A stretch of DNA of 63,625 bases, filler included, from Octopus bimaculoides (Eukaryota), in NCBI RefSeq assembly GCF_001194135.2. It is 4 parts of 4 records of this genome, joined end to end, with 100 filler letters (N's around TTAATTAATTAA, not from the genome) between each part and the next. Parts side by side here need not be neighbours in the genome. Positions count along the whole stretch, not along the records: positions 49,854 to 58,532 come from NC_068991.1; positions 58,633 to 63,625 come from NC_068985.1; 2 more parts are not named here. One strand, given 5' to 3'. The notes under the pieces were generated by a model, which had not been told where the DNA came from, made no database searches, and was given only the letters and a program-made list of their open reading frames with translations. Below are positions 52,990 through 63,625 of the stretch, in pieces (position 1 is the first letter of the stretch; each line of letters opens with the position of its first letter). A program made the translations under genes and the position numbers.

Positions 52990-55653
52990 ATATATTTTCT
53001 CTCATTCGTCTGAAGTCAGGTGTTGTTACTGTTAATATTTCTTGTTATCAACAATAATAAAACGTATATATAAGGTTATAGAATGAAAATACACGTCTCA
53101 TTGACTGAGCAATGTTTTCGTGTTAGTAACGATTGAGATTTATCCTGAATCTTTAAAAAAAAACCGAAACAAAGTAAAATTTTGTGGGTGATGGATAAAA
53201 GAAAATATATCTTAGACTACAATTGAAAGAAGTGGAAGTAAATAAATATATAAGAGTTTGAATAAAAAACGCCATGAAGTCATGTTTAAGAGAAATTATT
53301 GTAACGAGTATTCAAATAAATAATATTTTAAAATAAACTAAATTATTAACAATTGAACAAATAATGAATAAAAGACAAAAAACATGTAAAATGGTTGGTT
53401 AAGTAAATAATCAATTTAATTAACTACTTATTTATATAAACAAAGGATTGAATAATGCAATAAATTCATTTATAATTAAATAAATAGATCGCTGCATAAG
53501 TAAATTTAAAAACAAATCTATCAATAATTAAGAAAATAAATAAATAATATATGAATATTATGGAATAATGTGGGGGATATATCAGGAAGTAAAATAAGGA
53601 CTAAAAACTTAATCCGGAGTTGGAGGAAAGTTATGTGATGTTGCATGATACGTGATAAAAGTGAAGTTAATCAAATGCCTCGTAATTTTGGCATAAGGTC
53701 TGGGGTCAATCGACACCTTTGGTCTCCAGTGCTTGAGTGGAATGCAGATAAGCATTTTGTTCGACGCGCTAACGATTCTGGCATCTCAACCGGTTTTTCA
53801 CTGTTGCAGTTCCAAGTATTCATGATTTGCGCATGGTATAAGAGTAAGCATGTACATTAAAAGAGACATGCAATGCAAACCGAAGTAAGAGCTGTAATCC
53901 GAACAGCAAAGTATTGTGCATTTGAAAGCAGTTGGACTACATAATTGTAGTTGCAAAGTAGTGCTCTGTACCGTATATGTGTTGTGCCTCCATTGGATTT
54001 CGCACAGGAATCTTAAACGTTTGAATATTAAAATCCTACACATTTGTATGTTACATTGCTTGTGTGTTCGAACCAAATCTGCATTAAGTTTGAGCATGCC
54101 ACCTGTAATCTTTAATGAATAGGTGTAAAGATCAGTTCAACTATTTAGTATCAAGCCATGAATTCAAGTGATTGAGTCAGCGATTTTCGGCTAAAAATTC
54201 GAAGTTAAGGATCAGATGTTTCCACTACTACGTGATCTTATATTACAGGAATGAAAACAAAAGAGCTTGAGTGATGGAGAAAAACCTGACTTTTAGCCAA
54301 ATGCTTCCCATGAACTTCAGTTTAGGGTTTCAACAGTAAATTAGCAGGTTCAATTAATATGATGGCTCCCATCAACATTTGGTTATATATACATTATCAA
54401 ATCTCATATTAACTATGTCTATTCGTTATCAGTACGGAAGCCAGCCTCTTATAATTGAGCAATCGGTATGAAACCGGATATATTTAAAGATGTGCACATT
54501 TTATGGTGCTTATCAGCTTTTGGCAGCGCCTTGTTGCCTTAATGAAACTGATTCGCTCAGTGAATTCGGGAACGCGGAAAACAATAAATGAGGCGCGTAT
54601 GCTTGTTATCTGTAAGTAACAATCCACTTGTATGCTACATATCTACTCAGTGAAGCGGGGTGCGGGAAAGAGACAAGTAAGGTCCCAATGAAAATTTGTG
54701 TAAGTGTGCTTAATTTTAGGTCTAAATTTTCTCGGTCACGGGCATGATGGTTCAGGAAACCAATCTGTTTGTAGTTTGAATATTTCCAGAACAGTAATGC
54801 TTCACAGTATATATTTTTAAATGAGCTAACAACCAGCCAGCATTATATATTTGTAATGGTTCTAATCACTCGCCTGCAATTATTAAACACATAACTGGTA
54901 ATGTGAATAGACCATTTCGAAATCTATTAACAGATAAGGCTATTTCTGACATGATTGCCCTGTACTATAATAGAATACTATAATAGAAAGGAAGAAATTT
55001 CAACGTGATAAAACTATTTAGAATCAAGCTCTAAATAATTAAATACACGCAGAAACCAAAATGTATTGTTCAACCCACTATAAGTTACAATAGTCACAAA
55101 TATAGCTGTATGTTTCCTTACTAAGATACATTAAACTTTCTCGCTTTCTATATATAGAACTAATTTGTTTTTCAATATCAGCTCTGGTAAAGACACTTTA
55201 GTTATTTAGGGAATGTAGGGTCTAAAATTTTGAGCCACAATAAAAGTGAATCACGAAAGAGCCAGTGTAAAGCTGGTATAAAAGCTGTTTTTGGTTCGGA
55301 ATAACATCGCGTTTATGAAAAACTATTTCAAAACTCGATACAGCCAACATACCTATTAGTTTAGATACAAGGACAAATGTTCAAAGTCAGTATGGTTCTC
55401 CATGATCCCATACTTACAGGCAAAAAGTTTCGCAGATTAGGTGCTATTATATATTTTTCCAGACATTATGTGGTAGATAATCAAAACTTTTTTTAGTCTA
55501 TCCAGGCTATCGACAAGTTTTTGTGTCGTTTGTGACAATCTTCCAAGATAATCTTACTGATGAGTAGCTGATCTTTATAACCATAGGACCCACGTTTACA
55601 TCCCTTTTGCTCATTAGGGAATGTGCCACCTTCTTCTTCTTCTTCTTCTTCTT

Positions 55654-55861
55654 AGAGTGGTGAGCTAGCAGAATCGTTAGCACACCGGGAAAATGCTTAG
55701 CGGTATTTCGTCCGTCTTCACATTCTGAGTACAAATTCCGCCAAAGTCTACTTCGCCTTTCATTCCTTCGGGGTCGATAAAATAACTACCAGTCATTCAC
55801 TGGGGCCGATATAATTGACTTTCTCCATCTCTGAACTTTCTGGTCTTGTGCCAAAATTTGC
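55654..55861 (+). mobile_element. SINE family A
   Basis: gtgagctagcagaatcgttagcac...cgcctttcattccttcggggtcgataa. Confidence 0.88.
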
Positions 55862-56320
55862 CACTGACATTTCATTATAAATTCTCAACCCATAGTTCTT
55901 GTATGATATATCGTGGATTGTCAGCATTACATAAGTTTACTCCAACCTCACTTCGGTTATTTTATTCTGATCCCTCCTTCAGAACCTTTAAAGTTATACC
56001 CATATGTAATATTGTAATTTTATAAGGTGTTACCCATCAAATAAGGGGTAACTTTGGATGTATACGTTCACCATGATGGATAAAATAAGGAAATATGGTA
56101 CACATGCAAAATTTGTCATTTAAATTTTATCGAATTGTTTAGTTCTTATATAAATTGATGAAAAATATTTATTACTTTAAAATATTAAGCAAGGCAAAAT
56201 TTTCATTTGTTTAACTCTTCTCATAAAAACTAAATACTCTGTCATTTACCTCCTCCTTCCTATCCCTGTGAGTCATTTCTTCTCCGTGTGTGTGTGTCTA
56301 TGTGTGTGTGTGTGTGTGTG

Positions 56321-56397
<77 letters not shown>

Positions 56398-56612
56398 CTT
56401 TACTCATTGTCTGCCACTGTTTTAGTATGTACATGCATCATAAACCTCTTATGCTTATTCTTCTTTTGTATCTCCCTTTTACTATCTCAGCACTCACTTT
56501 ATATGGTTTAAGATGTGAATTGAGAAATTAACCAACAAACCAATCAACGAACGAACGAACGAATGAATCAACCAGCCAACCAACCAATCAACCAACAATT
56601 ATATCGGCTATT

Positions 56613-56832
56613 AGTGATTTCAAATTTTTGCATAAGGCCAGCAATTTCGGGTGGTGGTGGTGGTTAAGTCGATTACATCGATTCCAGTGCCTAACTGGCA
56701 CTTATTTTATCAACCCCAAAAGGATGAAAGGCAAAGTCGATCTCAGCGGAATTTGAACTCAGAGCGTATGCCGGACGAAGTGCTTCTAGCCATTTTGTCC
56801 AGTATGATAACGATTCTGCCAGGTCACCGCCT
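56613..56832 (-). mobile_element. SINE family A
   Basis: Full core; inverted relative to 55654-55861. Confidence 0.88.
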
Positions 56833-58044
56833 TTATCGCATGTGTCGGCAATTACCAAAAAGAAATTAAAATAATTATTATTTACAAGCCTATTTATATA
56901 TCTATCCATATTTTGAATTATGCACGTATTTATTTATTCAAGTAATTCTTTTGTCATTTATCACATATCTTTTATAAATTAAAAAATTATTTGATGATTT
57001 ATTAAAATACTCCCTTGTTTAATTCTTTCATTAACTTTAACTAACCCCCTATTTTAAGATATTTTAAAATATTACATACGTACATACATAGCGTTGCCAT
57101 TATTAATTTTTAAATTATTTAATTGTCGTTTCTTTAATGCTTCGTTTCAATAATTCATCTTAAACAACTTTTCATATCAATCACCAGCCGATTATGTAAC
57201 TCTATATTCATATTTTACTTCTAATTAACACCATTTGATTGTAAGTTGCAATTTATTTCCCTTGTCCTACTCTCTCCAGTGTTTTTTGCTGAATCATGCT
57301 ATACCTCACATTTCACAAACATGAATCCTTATTTAGTCAATCGAATGTAAGTGATTTTTCCACCATGTTTTTTTTTTATATATTTGATATTTTCCCGTCT
57401 ATTTTGTGGAGAACCTTGAAACACGAGTAAAAATATATAGCATCAACTGAATAAATAATTACATTCGAGCACACATGCTTAGTATTTTTCTCTCTGTCAA
57501 TACATACATACATAAAGTTCAAATTTACAGAAACAAAAGACGAAGACAGGCAAAGGAATAACAAGCAGGTGTATTAGTTTGAAATGCATTCTATTATTAT
57601 GTACTATACATATTTATATATATGTACATGCATATGTAGATACATAAACACAGAAATAACATATACACAAACAAATGTGTGTTTGTGTGTGTGTGTGGTC
57701 TGTGTGTGTGTGTATGCGTGCGTGTGAAAAGAAAAATATATAGTGAAATCTTAGCGTCTGGGAGAGAGAGAGAGAAAAGAAAACCATACACGTAAGTACA
57801 TTGAGAAAAGAAAGGATGGTATGATAAAATGTTTGAAGAGTATATCTTAAATGTATTAACAGAGAAATGGAGGAACCATTGTGTTCTTTGGAGAACAGAA
57901 GTCGAAAAGAGAAAATTGAGGGAAACGAGTAGAAAAAGGAAAGGAAGAACGGTGATTGGTTGCTGGGGTGAAAAATGGTAGAGAGGGAAGAGAGAGGGAA
58001 CAAAGAAAATATGCAACTTGATAGATCGCTAGCCACTAAATCTT

Positions 58045-58172
58045 TTTCTATTTTCTCTCCCTGTTTATTTCTGTGTTCCTTTCTGTCGAAGAGCGTAGGC
58101 TCGAAACGTAAAAGTCTTTCCCACTTCCCGAGCGTTAAACTAATACATCTGTTTGTTATTTACACACCCGTA
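58045..58172 (+). mobile_element. Penelope-like pseudo-LTR fragment carrying a hammerhead-like motif (core 58079-58114)
   Basis: CUUU-CUGUCGA-A-GAGC-GUAG-GCUC-GAAA-CG-UA-AAAG; a related tail fragment lies inverted at ~57528-57583. Confidence 0.65.
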
Positions 58173-58179
58173 TATATGG

Positions 58180-58532
58180 CTGAAGCGGGAAGACCGAATA
58201 TGGCTTGAAAGTCATAACATGTCTAGGTGAGACAGGCTGACACTGAAGTGGCTTCGCGCCCTCCATTGTCAGTTAAAGTTCAGACAGTGTCATGTGACAA
58301 CTTGCTGGGGCTACTTGCTGGAGCCTAGCAGCGGGAAGTTTAGACAGTGTCATGTGACAACTTGCTGGTGCTGCCTACTGGACCCTAGCAGCGGGAAATT
58401 TAGACAGTGTCACGTGACAACTAGCTGGGGCTGCCTGCTGGAGCCTAGCAGCAGATATAAAAAGGGGAACTTGACATGACGATCAGTCGGACGCTGACAC
58501 TCGTTGATGCTGCATCGAAGAGGCCAGGGAAT
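58180..58532 (+). mobile_element. Probable LTR U3/R segment, truncated by a scaffold join
   Basis: GC-rich; three 60-bp enhancer-like repeats immediately followed by TATAAAAG (58456-58463). No TSD or 3' end visible. Confidence 0.45.
58276..58453. repeat. 3 x 60-bp tandem repeat, each unit with a GTCAYGTGAC palindrome
   Basis: Units start at 58276, 58336 and 58396; palindromes at 58289, 58349 and 58409. Confidence 0.95.
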
Positions 58533-58632
58533 NNNNNNNNNNNNNNNNNNNNNNNNNNNNNNNNNNNNNNNNNNNNTTAATTAATTAANNNNNNNNNNNN
58601 NNNNNNNNNNNNNNNNNNNNNNNNNNNNNNNN
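58533..58632. other. Artificial 100-bp scaffold join
   Basis: 44N-TTAATTAATTAA-44N. Confidence 0.95.
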
Positions 58633-58984
58633 TGGGGGGGGGGACACATATCAATAGAAACCGGGTCCATGAGCCTGGCTAGGCTTTAAAAAGGGCGCAC
58701 AAAGAAAAAAGACTACAACAAGCACATTGTATTACATGTGTGTGTGCGCGCGCGTCTTCGAGTCTGATTGTCCCACCACACTGCTTAACAACCGGTGTTT
58801 GTGTAAGTTACGCCGCCGTAATTTAGCTGTCAGGACCCCCCCCCCGCCACCGGATAAAAATAAACAAAAACAAAGAGCGATGGAATAAGTACCAAGTTTA
58901 AAAGTATTGTGATTGGTTCATTCGACTAGAATTCCTCATAAGACTAAAACAAGTAAAAGATAATGTGTGTGTGTTTATATATAA

Positions 58985-59213
58985 TTCCCGGATCATTGGA
59001 TAAGGTCGGTTTCCCGGATTTTGTGGCTTATGTATTCTTTCACTGAACTGGACACAGGTCGGTCGCAGGTTTTTTTCATTTGTGTCAGCTGAGTCGACTG
59101 GAGCAACGTGAAATGAAGCGTTTTACTCAAGAACAGAACGCACCGTCCAGTCTAGAAATCGAAATTACAATCCTACGGTCATGAATACAACACCCTAACA
59201 ACTAAGTCACACG
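58985..59213 (-). mobile_element. tRNA-derived SINE, family D
   Basis: Homologous to 52820-52989; minus-strand head gtgacttagttgttagggtgttg...gtaatttcgatttc. Confidence 0.75.
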
Positions 59214-59470
59214 TCACTCTCTCTCTCTCGCTCTCTCTCTCTCTCCACACACACACACCCACCCATTCACACACATTTCTAAGAAAGGAAATGTTGGAGT
59301 GGTTTCCCCTTTACCTTCTCCCGCTACATAAACAACTGATATATTATTCCCAGCAACACGTATCGTATTAACAATATCATAAAACACTGCTTATAAAACA
59401 CAGTGTAATCCATCTCAAAGCTTCGAACTTGAGATAGTGAACTGGTAGTCCAAGACTGTTCGCTAAGCCG

Positions 59471-60040
59471 ATTGAACTCTGGGCTTATGTCGAACACCTG
59501 TTGTCGCATTCGAGAAGAGTACAACTGTCGAGCGAATCCGTAATTAAGATCGTTCCGCCGCCCTTCCTGAATAGGGAGGAGCGGGCCTGTTTTCTCTCGG
59601 TAATTGCTGTTGCGAAGGAGGTAGTATGGAAGACTGGAGTGAAAGGAATTGCGACAGGCATTTTCATCTCCAGCCTCGGGTTAATTGACTTTTTCGTTTT
59701 CCACATGAAACGAAAAATAAGGTTGGAGAAGAAATGCCTATCGCAAAGTGTGCTTCGTGAAAGATGGAAGTCCGTAGCAAGTATGTTGCGAGCGAAAGAA
59801 CCTTTTTTAAGCGAGAACAAAAAAAGGAAAAAACAAGGTTTTCAGTGTAAGAATGTGGCTTGTAGGGTCGACCGCGTCCTCCGCTACATTTTTTGCTAAT
59901 CATTCATTCGCATGTTATTGTATATATTAAAAATTGTTTATTCATACGTTCGTCCCATTCGATCCCCTGATCCCAATATTTGTTTTGTCTGTCCTCGTAT
60001 CGTCCCCTCTTTTTCTTAACCTTATATGGTGAATAAAGAA
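59471..60040 (+). mobile_element. 3' end of an L1/Tx1-type non-LTR retrotransposon ORF2 plus 3' UTR
   Basis: ELWAYVEHLLSHSRRVQLSSESVIKIVPPPFLNREERACFLSVIAVAKEVVWK..K...FF.FHMKRKIRLE...RW resembles the region after the Tx1/L1 zinc-knuckle; AATAAA near 60032. Confidence 0.7.
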
Positions 60041-60549
60041 ATTTACATACTTTTAAGTTAAGGTTAACATATTTCGGATACGGAGCATAAAAACAGGTTA
60101 ATCAGACGTAATATATGCAAAAACAAAATCAAATAAAGTAGCCAATGAGAGCTATTGTTTTAATCTAACAAAAGACGGAAGACATCTCCAGGCATGTTAC
60201 TCTAATTGTCAGCGTAGCTTTTTAACGGTGCCCTGCAAGAGAGGTCACTCAGCATAAATAACGCGCGCGCATCACTCTCTCTCTCTCACACACACACAAT
60301 ATATATATGGAAATGGATGCGTGGCGTTCAATCAAATGATAATATAGCACACACACACACATATATATATGCATACACACACATGCATATATGGGTGCAG
60401 GACGTCAGCAACAGTAAACAACATGAAATACGAAAACAGATGAGTTCAGTACGCAAACAACGAGAGAAACAAATGGAGGACAGGGCAAGTAACACAAAGA
60501 ATGACCCTTCATCATTTGTTGGCTGTCTATCTACTCCTCATTTCGAGCA

Positions 60550-60845
60550 TTGCACCTTGGGCAAGTGCCTTCTACTGTAGCCTCGCGTCGACCGAAGCCT
60601 TTTGAGTGGATTTGGTAGACGGAAACTGAGAGAAGCCTGTCGTACGTGTGTGTGTGTGTGTTTGTCTTCCCTCCCCTCCATTGCTTGACAACCGATGTTA
60701 CGTCCTCGTAACTTATCGGTGTGGCAAAGAGACCGATGGAATAAGTACTAGGCTTACAAAGAATAAGTCCTGGGGTTGATTTGTTCGACTAAAGGCGGTG
60801 CTCCAGCATGGCCACAGTCAAATGACTGAAACAAATAAAAGAATA
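60550..60845 (+). mobile_element. SINE family C lacking its head
   Basis: caccttgggcaagtg..ttctact.tagcc...gagtggatttggtagacggaaactga, internal (TG)n, 3' body. Confidence 0.88.
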
Positions 60846-60858
60846 ATATAAATATAAC

Positions 60859-61078
60859 TATAATAAGGGCACTAATGAGTAGCCCCACATGCTAGAAATA
60901 GACATTATTTACTCCATTAGCACAGATTGAAAGCGAGGGAAGTGAACAGAGATGTTTTTAAAGAAAGGGTTTAACAATAGATCGATTTCTAGTTTGTAAT
61001 GGGGTAAATAATGTAATTCTTAGAGCCATTGGCGTCTATTTCTAGCACGTGACGCTACGCATTAGTGCCCTTATTATA
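60859..61078. mobile_element. MITE with ~45-bp TIRs, TA-flanked
   Basis: tataataagggcactaatgagtagccccacatgctagaaatagac vs the reverse complement tataataagggcactaatgcgtagcgtcacgtgctagaaatagac; an inner 18-bp inverted pair is also present. Confidence 0.8.
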
Positions 61079-61450
61079 ATTAAATGTATATCTTCTCATA
61101 TAATAATGAGCGTAGTGTTTTTATATATTTGTATATATATTTGTCCGAAATCATACAGTAGGAGAGTGTGAGAGAAAGCTTAGTATAAGTGAAGGGAGAG
61201 AAGAGAAAATAGTAATTCAGTGAAGGAGAAGTAGTGAGAGTAATAGCGATGACTGACAGGGAGTGAGAGAAAGTAATAATAATGAGAGGCAGTGGTAAAG
61301 AGAATATCGTGTTCACTACACGTCATTGAGGAGGTGAAGTGAGAGTAATAGCTGTGATACAAACGCAGTTTGGGCACGTGTTTATATTTTTGTCATCGTG
61401 TATTTACACACACGCACACACGCGCGCGCACACACACATACACACATACA

Positions 61451-61482
<32 letters not shown>

Positions 61483-61826
61483 AAGAGAAAATTAGGGATA
61501 ANNNNNNNNNNNNNNNNNNNNNNNNNNNNNNNNNNNNNNNNNNNNNNNNNNNNNNNNNNNNNNNNNNNNNNNNNNNNNNNNNNNNNNNNNNNNNNNNNNN
61601 NNNNNNNNNNNNNACTATCATGTCCGGCATATCCTACTACATTAAATATGCCTGCAGAGGCTTCTCTATAAAATAGGGTTAGAGGAACTCAGAAGAATCA
61701 TTACACAGGTGAAATGTTTTGATTACATTTTACGGGGATCAGTTGCTCTAATATTTCAGTTCCAATGTGTGTCTGTGCGTATTTACAGTGTATAGCGTTC
61801 GTTATCAAGTTCACTGATAATTTTAG

Positions 61827-62120
61827 TTGAACCCAATGAGAGGTTTGCTCAATGCGACCGAGATCTTCGTGCTGTCCATCAAGGATTTTTTCATTCATGG
61901 AAAAATACTTAGTGGAAGTATGAAAGGAGAGGAGTCCTTTATTTCGCACATCAACCTCCGTCCCAGTGAGACAACCCTTCCCTTTAGTATGAGTAGACAG
62001 TTTCATGTTATCCCAGTATTTGCAATGACTAGAAACAAATCACAAAGGTAAAGCTTCAATAATGTTGACATCATCCTATCATCACTAGTATTCAGCCATA
62101 GACAACTTTGTTTAAGCTAG
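61827..62120 (+). pseudogene. Helitron RepHel PIF1-family helicase C-terminal relic (weaker similarity may extend back to ~61614)
   Basis: LNPMRGLLNAT (cf. LN...GLCNGT), RQFHVIPVFAMTRNKSQR*SF (cf. RQFP..AFAMTINKSQGQS) and VFSHRQL (cf. VFSHGQLYVALSR); in-frame stops. Confidence 0.85.
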
Positions 62121-62511
62121 CGTTGACAGTAATATTTTTATTATCTTATATTCTTTCTATTTAACCTTACTATGATAGTGCCCACATTGGGGAGGGTAGA
62201 ATACGAGATTCTGTCTGTTATACCTATGGGAAGCAGGGAAGTTTTTTCTAAAATTGCCATAAATTTCCTATACATGTTTGTAGATATGGCACAATTGAAA
62301 GGAACGTTATACTAGATCAAATCCTTATTTTCAGACCTCATACGTATGTAATGGTGGAATCTACCTGCTCTTTCAATGTCTCCCAAAATCGCGACTTGAT
62401 TATTAAATATGNNNNNNNNNNNNNNNNNNNNNNNNNNNNNNNNNNNNNNNNNNNNNNNNNNNNNNNNNNNNNNNNNNNNNNNNNNNNNNNNNNNNNNNNN
62501 NNNNNNNNNNN

Positions 62512-62542
<31 letters not shown>

Positions 62543-63625
62543 TTACATAGATATATACATATATAAATATATACTTTTTTTAAGTGGCACCTGCATTGGT
62601 AGAGTCACCAAGTAACCTTGCAAGACAAGGAATCTTTGAGAGGGATGAGGGCATTGGAGGAGGTGATCTTGTGTCAGATGATGAATGGTTAGAGTGTGAC
62701 AGAGAGACAGAAATAGATGTCTTGTTGTAGAGGAGGTACATGGTTACCCAGCCAGAGAGAAGGAGAGGGAGAGAAAAAGAGTGAGAGTTAACAAGAAAGA
62801 GGTGTGCTATTGTAAAAGAGATACATAGTTACCTAACCAGAGGTAAGAACAAGAGAAGGAGGGAGACAGATTGATCAAGAATGAAGGCAAAAACAGGTCT
62901 GTTGCTGTAGATGAGACATGTTTTACTCAACCAGAGGAAAGAACAACAGAAGAGAAACAAGAGCAGGAGAGAGATGGCAACAAGTGTCAGAGTATACTTG
63001 CAAGGAATGGGGATCAGGGCATAAGTGGGATGGTACAGTAAGGAAGAGAGAGACGAATGGTGGCAATTGCTGGAAGGGTATTGCCAAGAAGTCATGAGTA
63101 GGGAGTTGGCATGGGGTATGCTGTGACTGGTGAGAATCTGGGTATATAGAGGGGGAGGGGATGGTAAGGAACAATGGTACAGTGAGAACTAGATTGGGAG
63201 TGTGGGAGATAATCAGTGTATGAAGAGGAAGAGAAGAGAAACAATTTTATTCATTACACTTACGGATTGCATACTGAAGAGAAAAGAAATTATTGGACTT
63301 CTATCTACACACAGCCATTACAGATTATTACAAAGGATTTTACCATGGATTTATATTATTTTTTCAAAATTTTTAGCCCAAGTTTATACCAATAACTTTT
63401 TAAATAATACCTTTATCATACGATTTTAAATAGCATCTCTATTGTTCAATTGACTACACAGAAATTCACCCTTTTCTCTGATGAGTGGATGTACTACCTA
63501 ATAATGATTATCAATTTTGGATTTCATATCAAAAGGTAATACATTCATGAAACAATTGTAAGATATCTCAAACCATTTTTTTAATAACCATAGTTACACT
63601 TTATATATTTATTTATTAATACAAT

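Noticed and set aside
54490-54617. Possible exon FWQRLVALMKLIRSV ending at GTAAGT
   Set aside because: Weak acceptor and no recognisable homology.
58276-58453. CRISPR array or 20-aa repeat protein
   Set aside because: Whole-unit tandem repeats without unique spacers in a eukaryotic context; the open frame follows from the 60-bp period.

Overview
Eukaryotic, AT-rich, repeat-saturated DNA with no recognisable host protein-coding gene, rRNA, true tRNA or CRISPR array. The extreme microsatellite load and the tRNA-derived SINE families suggest an octopus (coleoid cephalopod) genome; this is inference from pattern recognition, not a database result. Many N gaps and three artificial 100-bp joins (44N-TTAATTAATTAA-44N) mean the window is at least four separately assembled pieces, so long-range order and orientation are uncertain. 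Content: more than 25 SINE copies of about four families (labelled A-D here for convenience), several MITEs and fold-back palindromes, a clean solo LTR, a probable second LTR, and decayed transposon coding relics (mariner transposase, R4/Dong-type endonuclease, L1/Tx1 ORF2 end, Helitron PIF1 helicase, a LINE RT end). The most interesting signals are small hammerhead-ribozyme-like motifs of the Penelope-associated minimal type. One sits downstream of a back-to-back pair of tRNA-like Pol III heads (20.8-21.1 kb), and two others share a non-canonical core (CUGU(U/C)GA). Almost all ORFs in the supplied track are microsatellite or N-gap artefacts.
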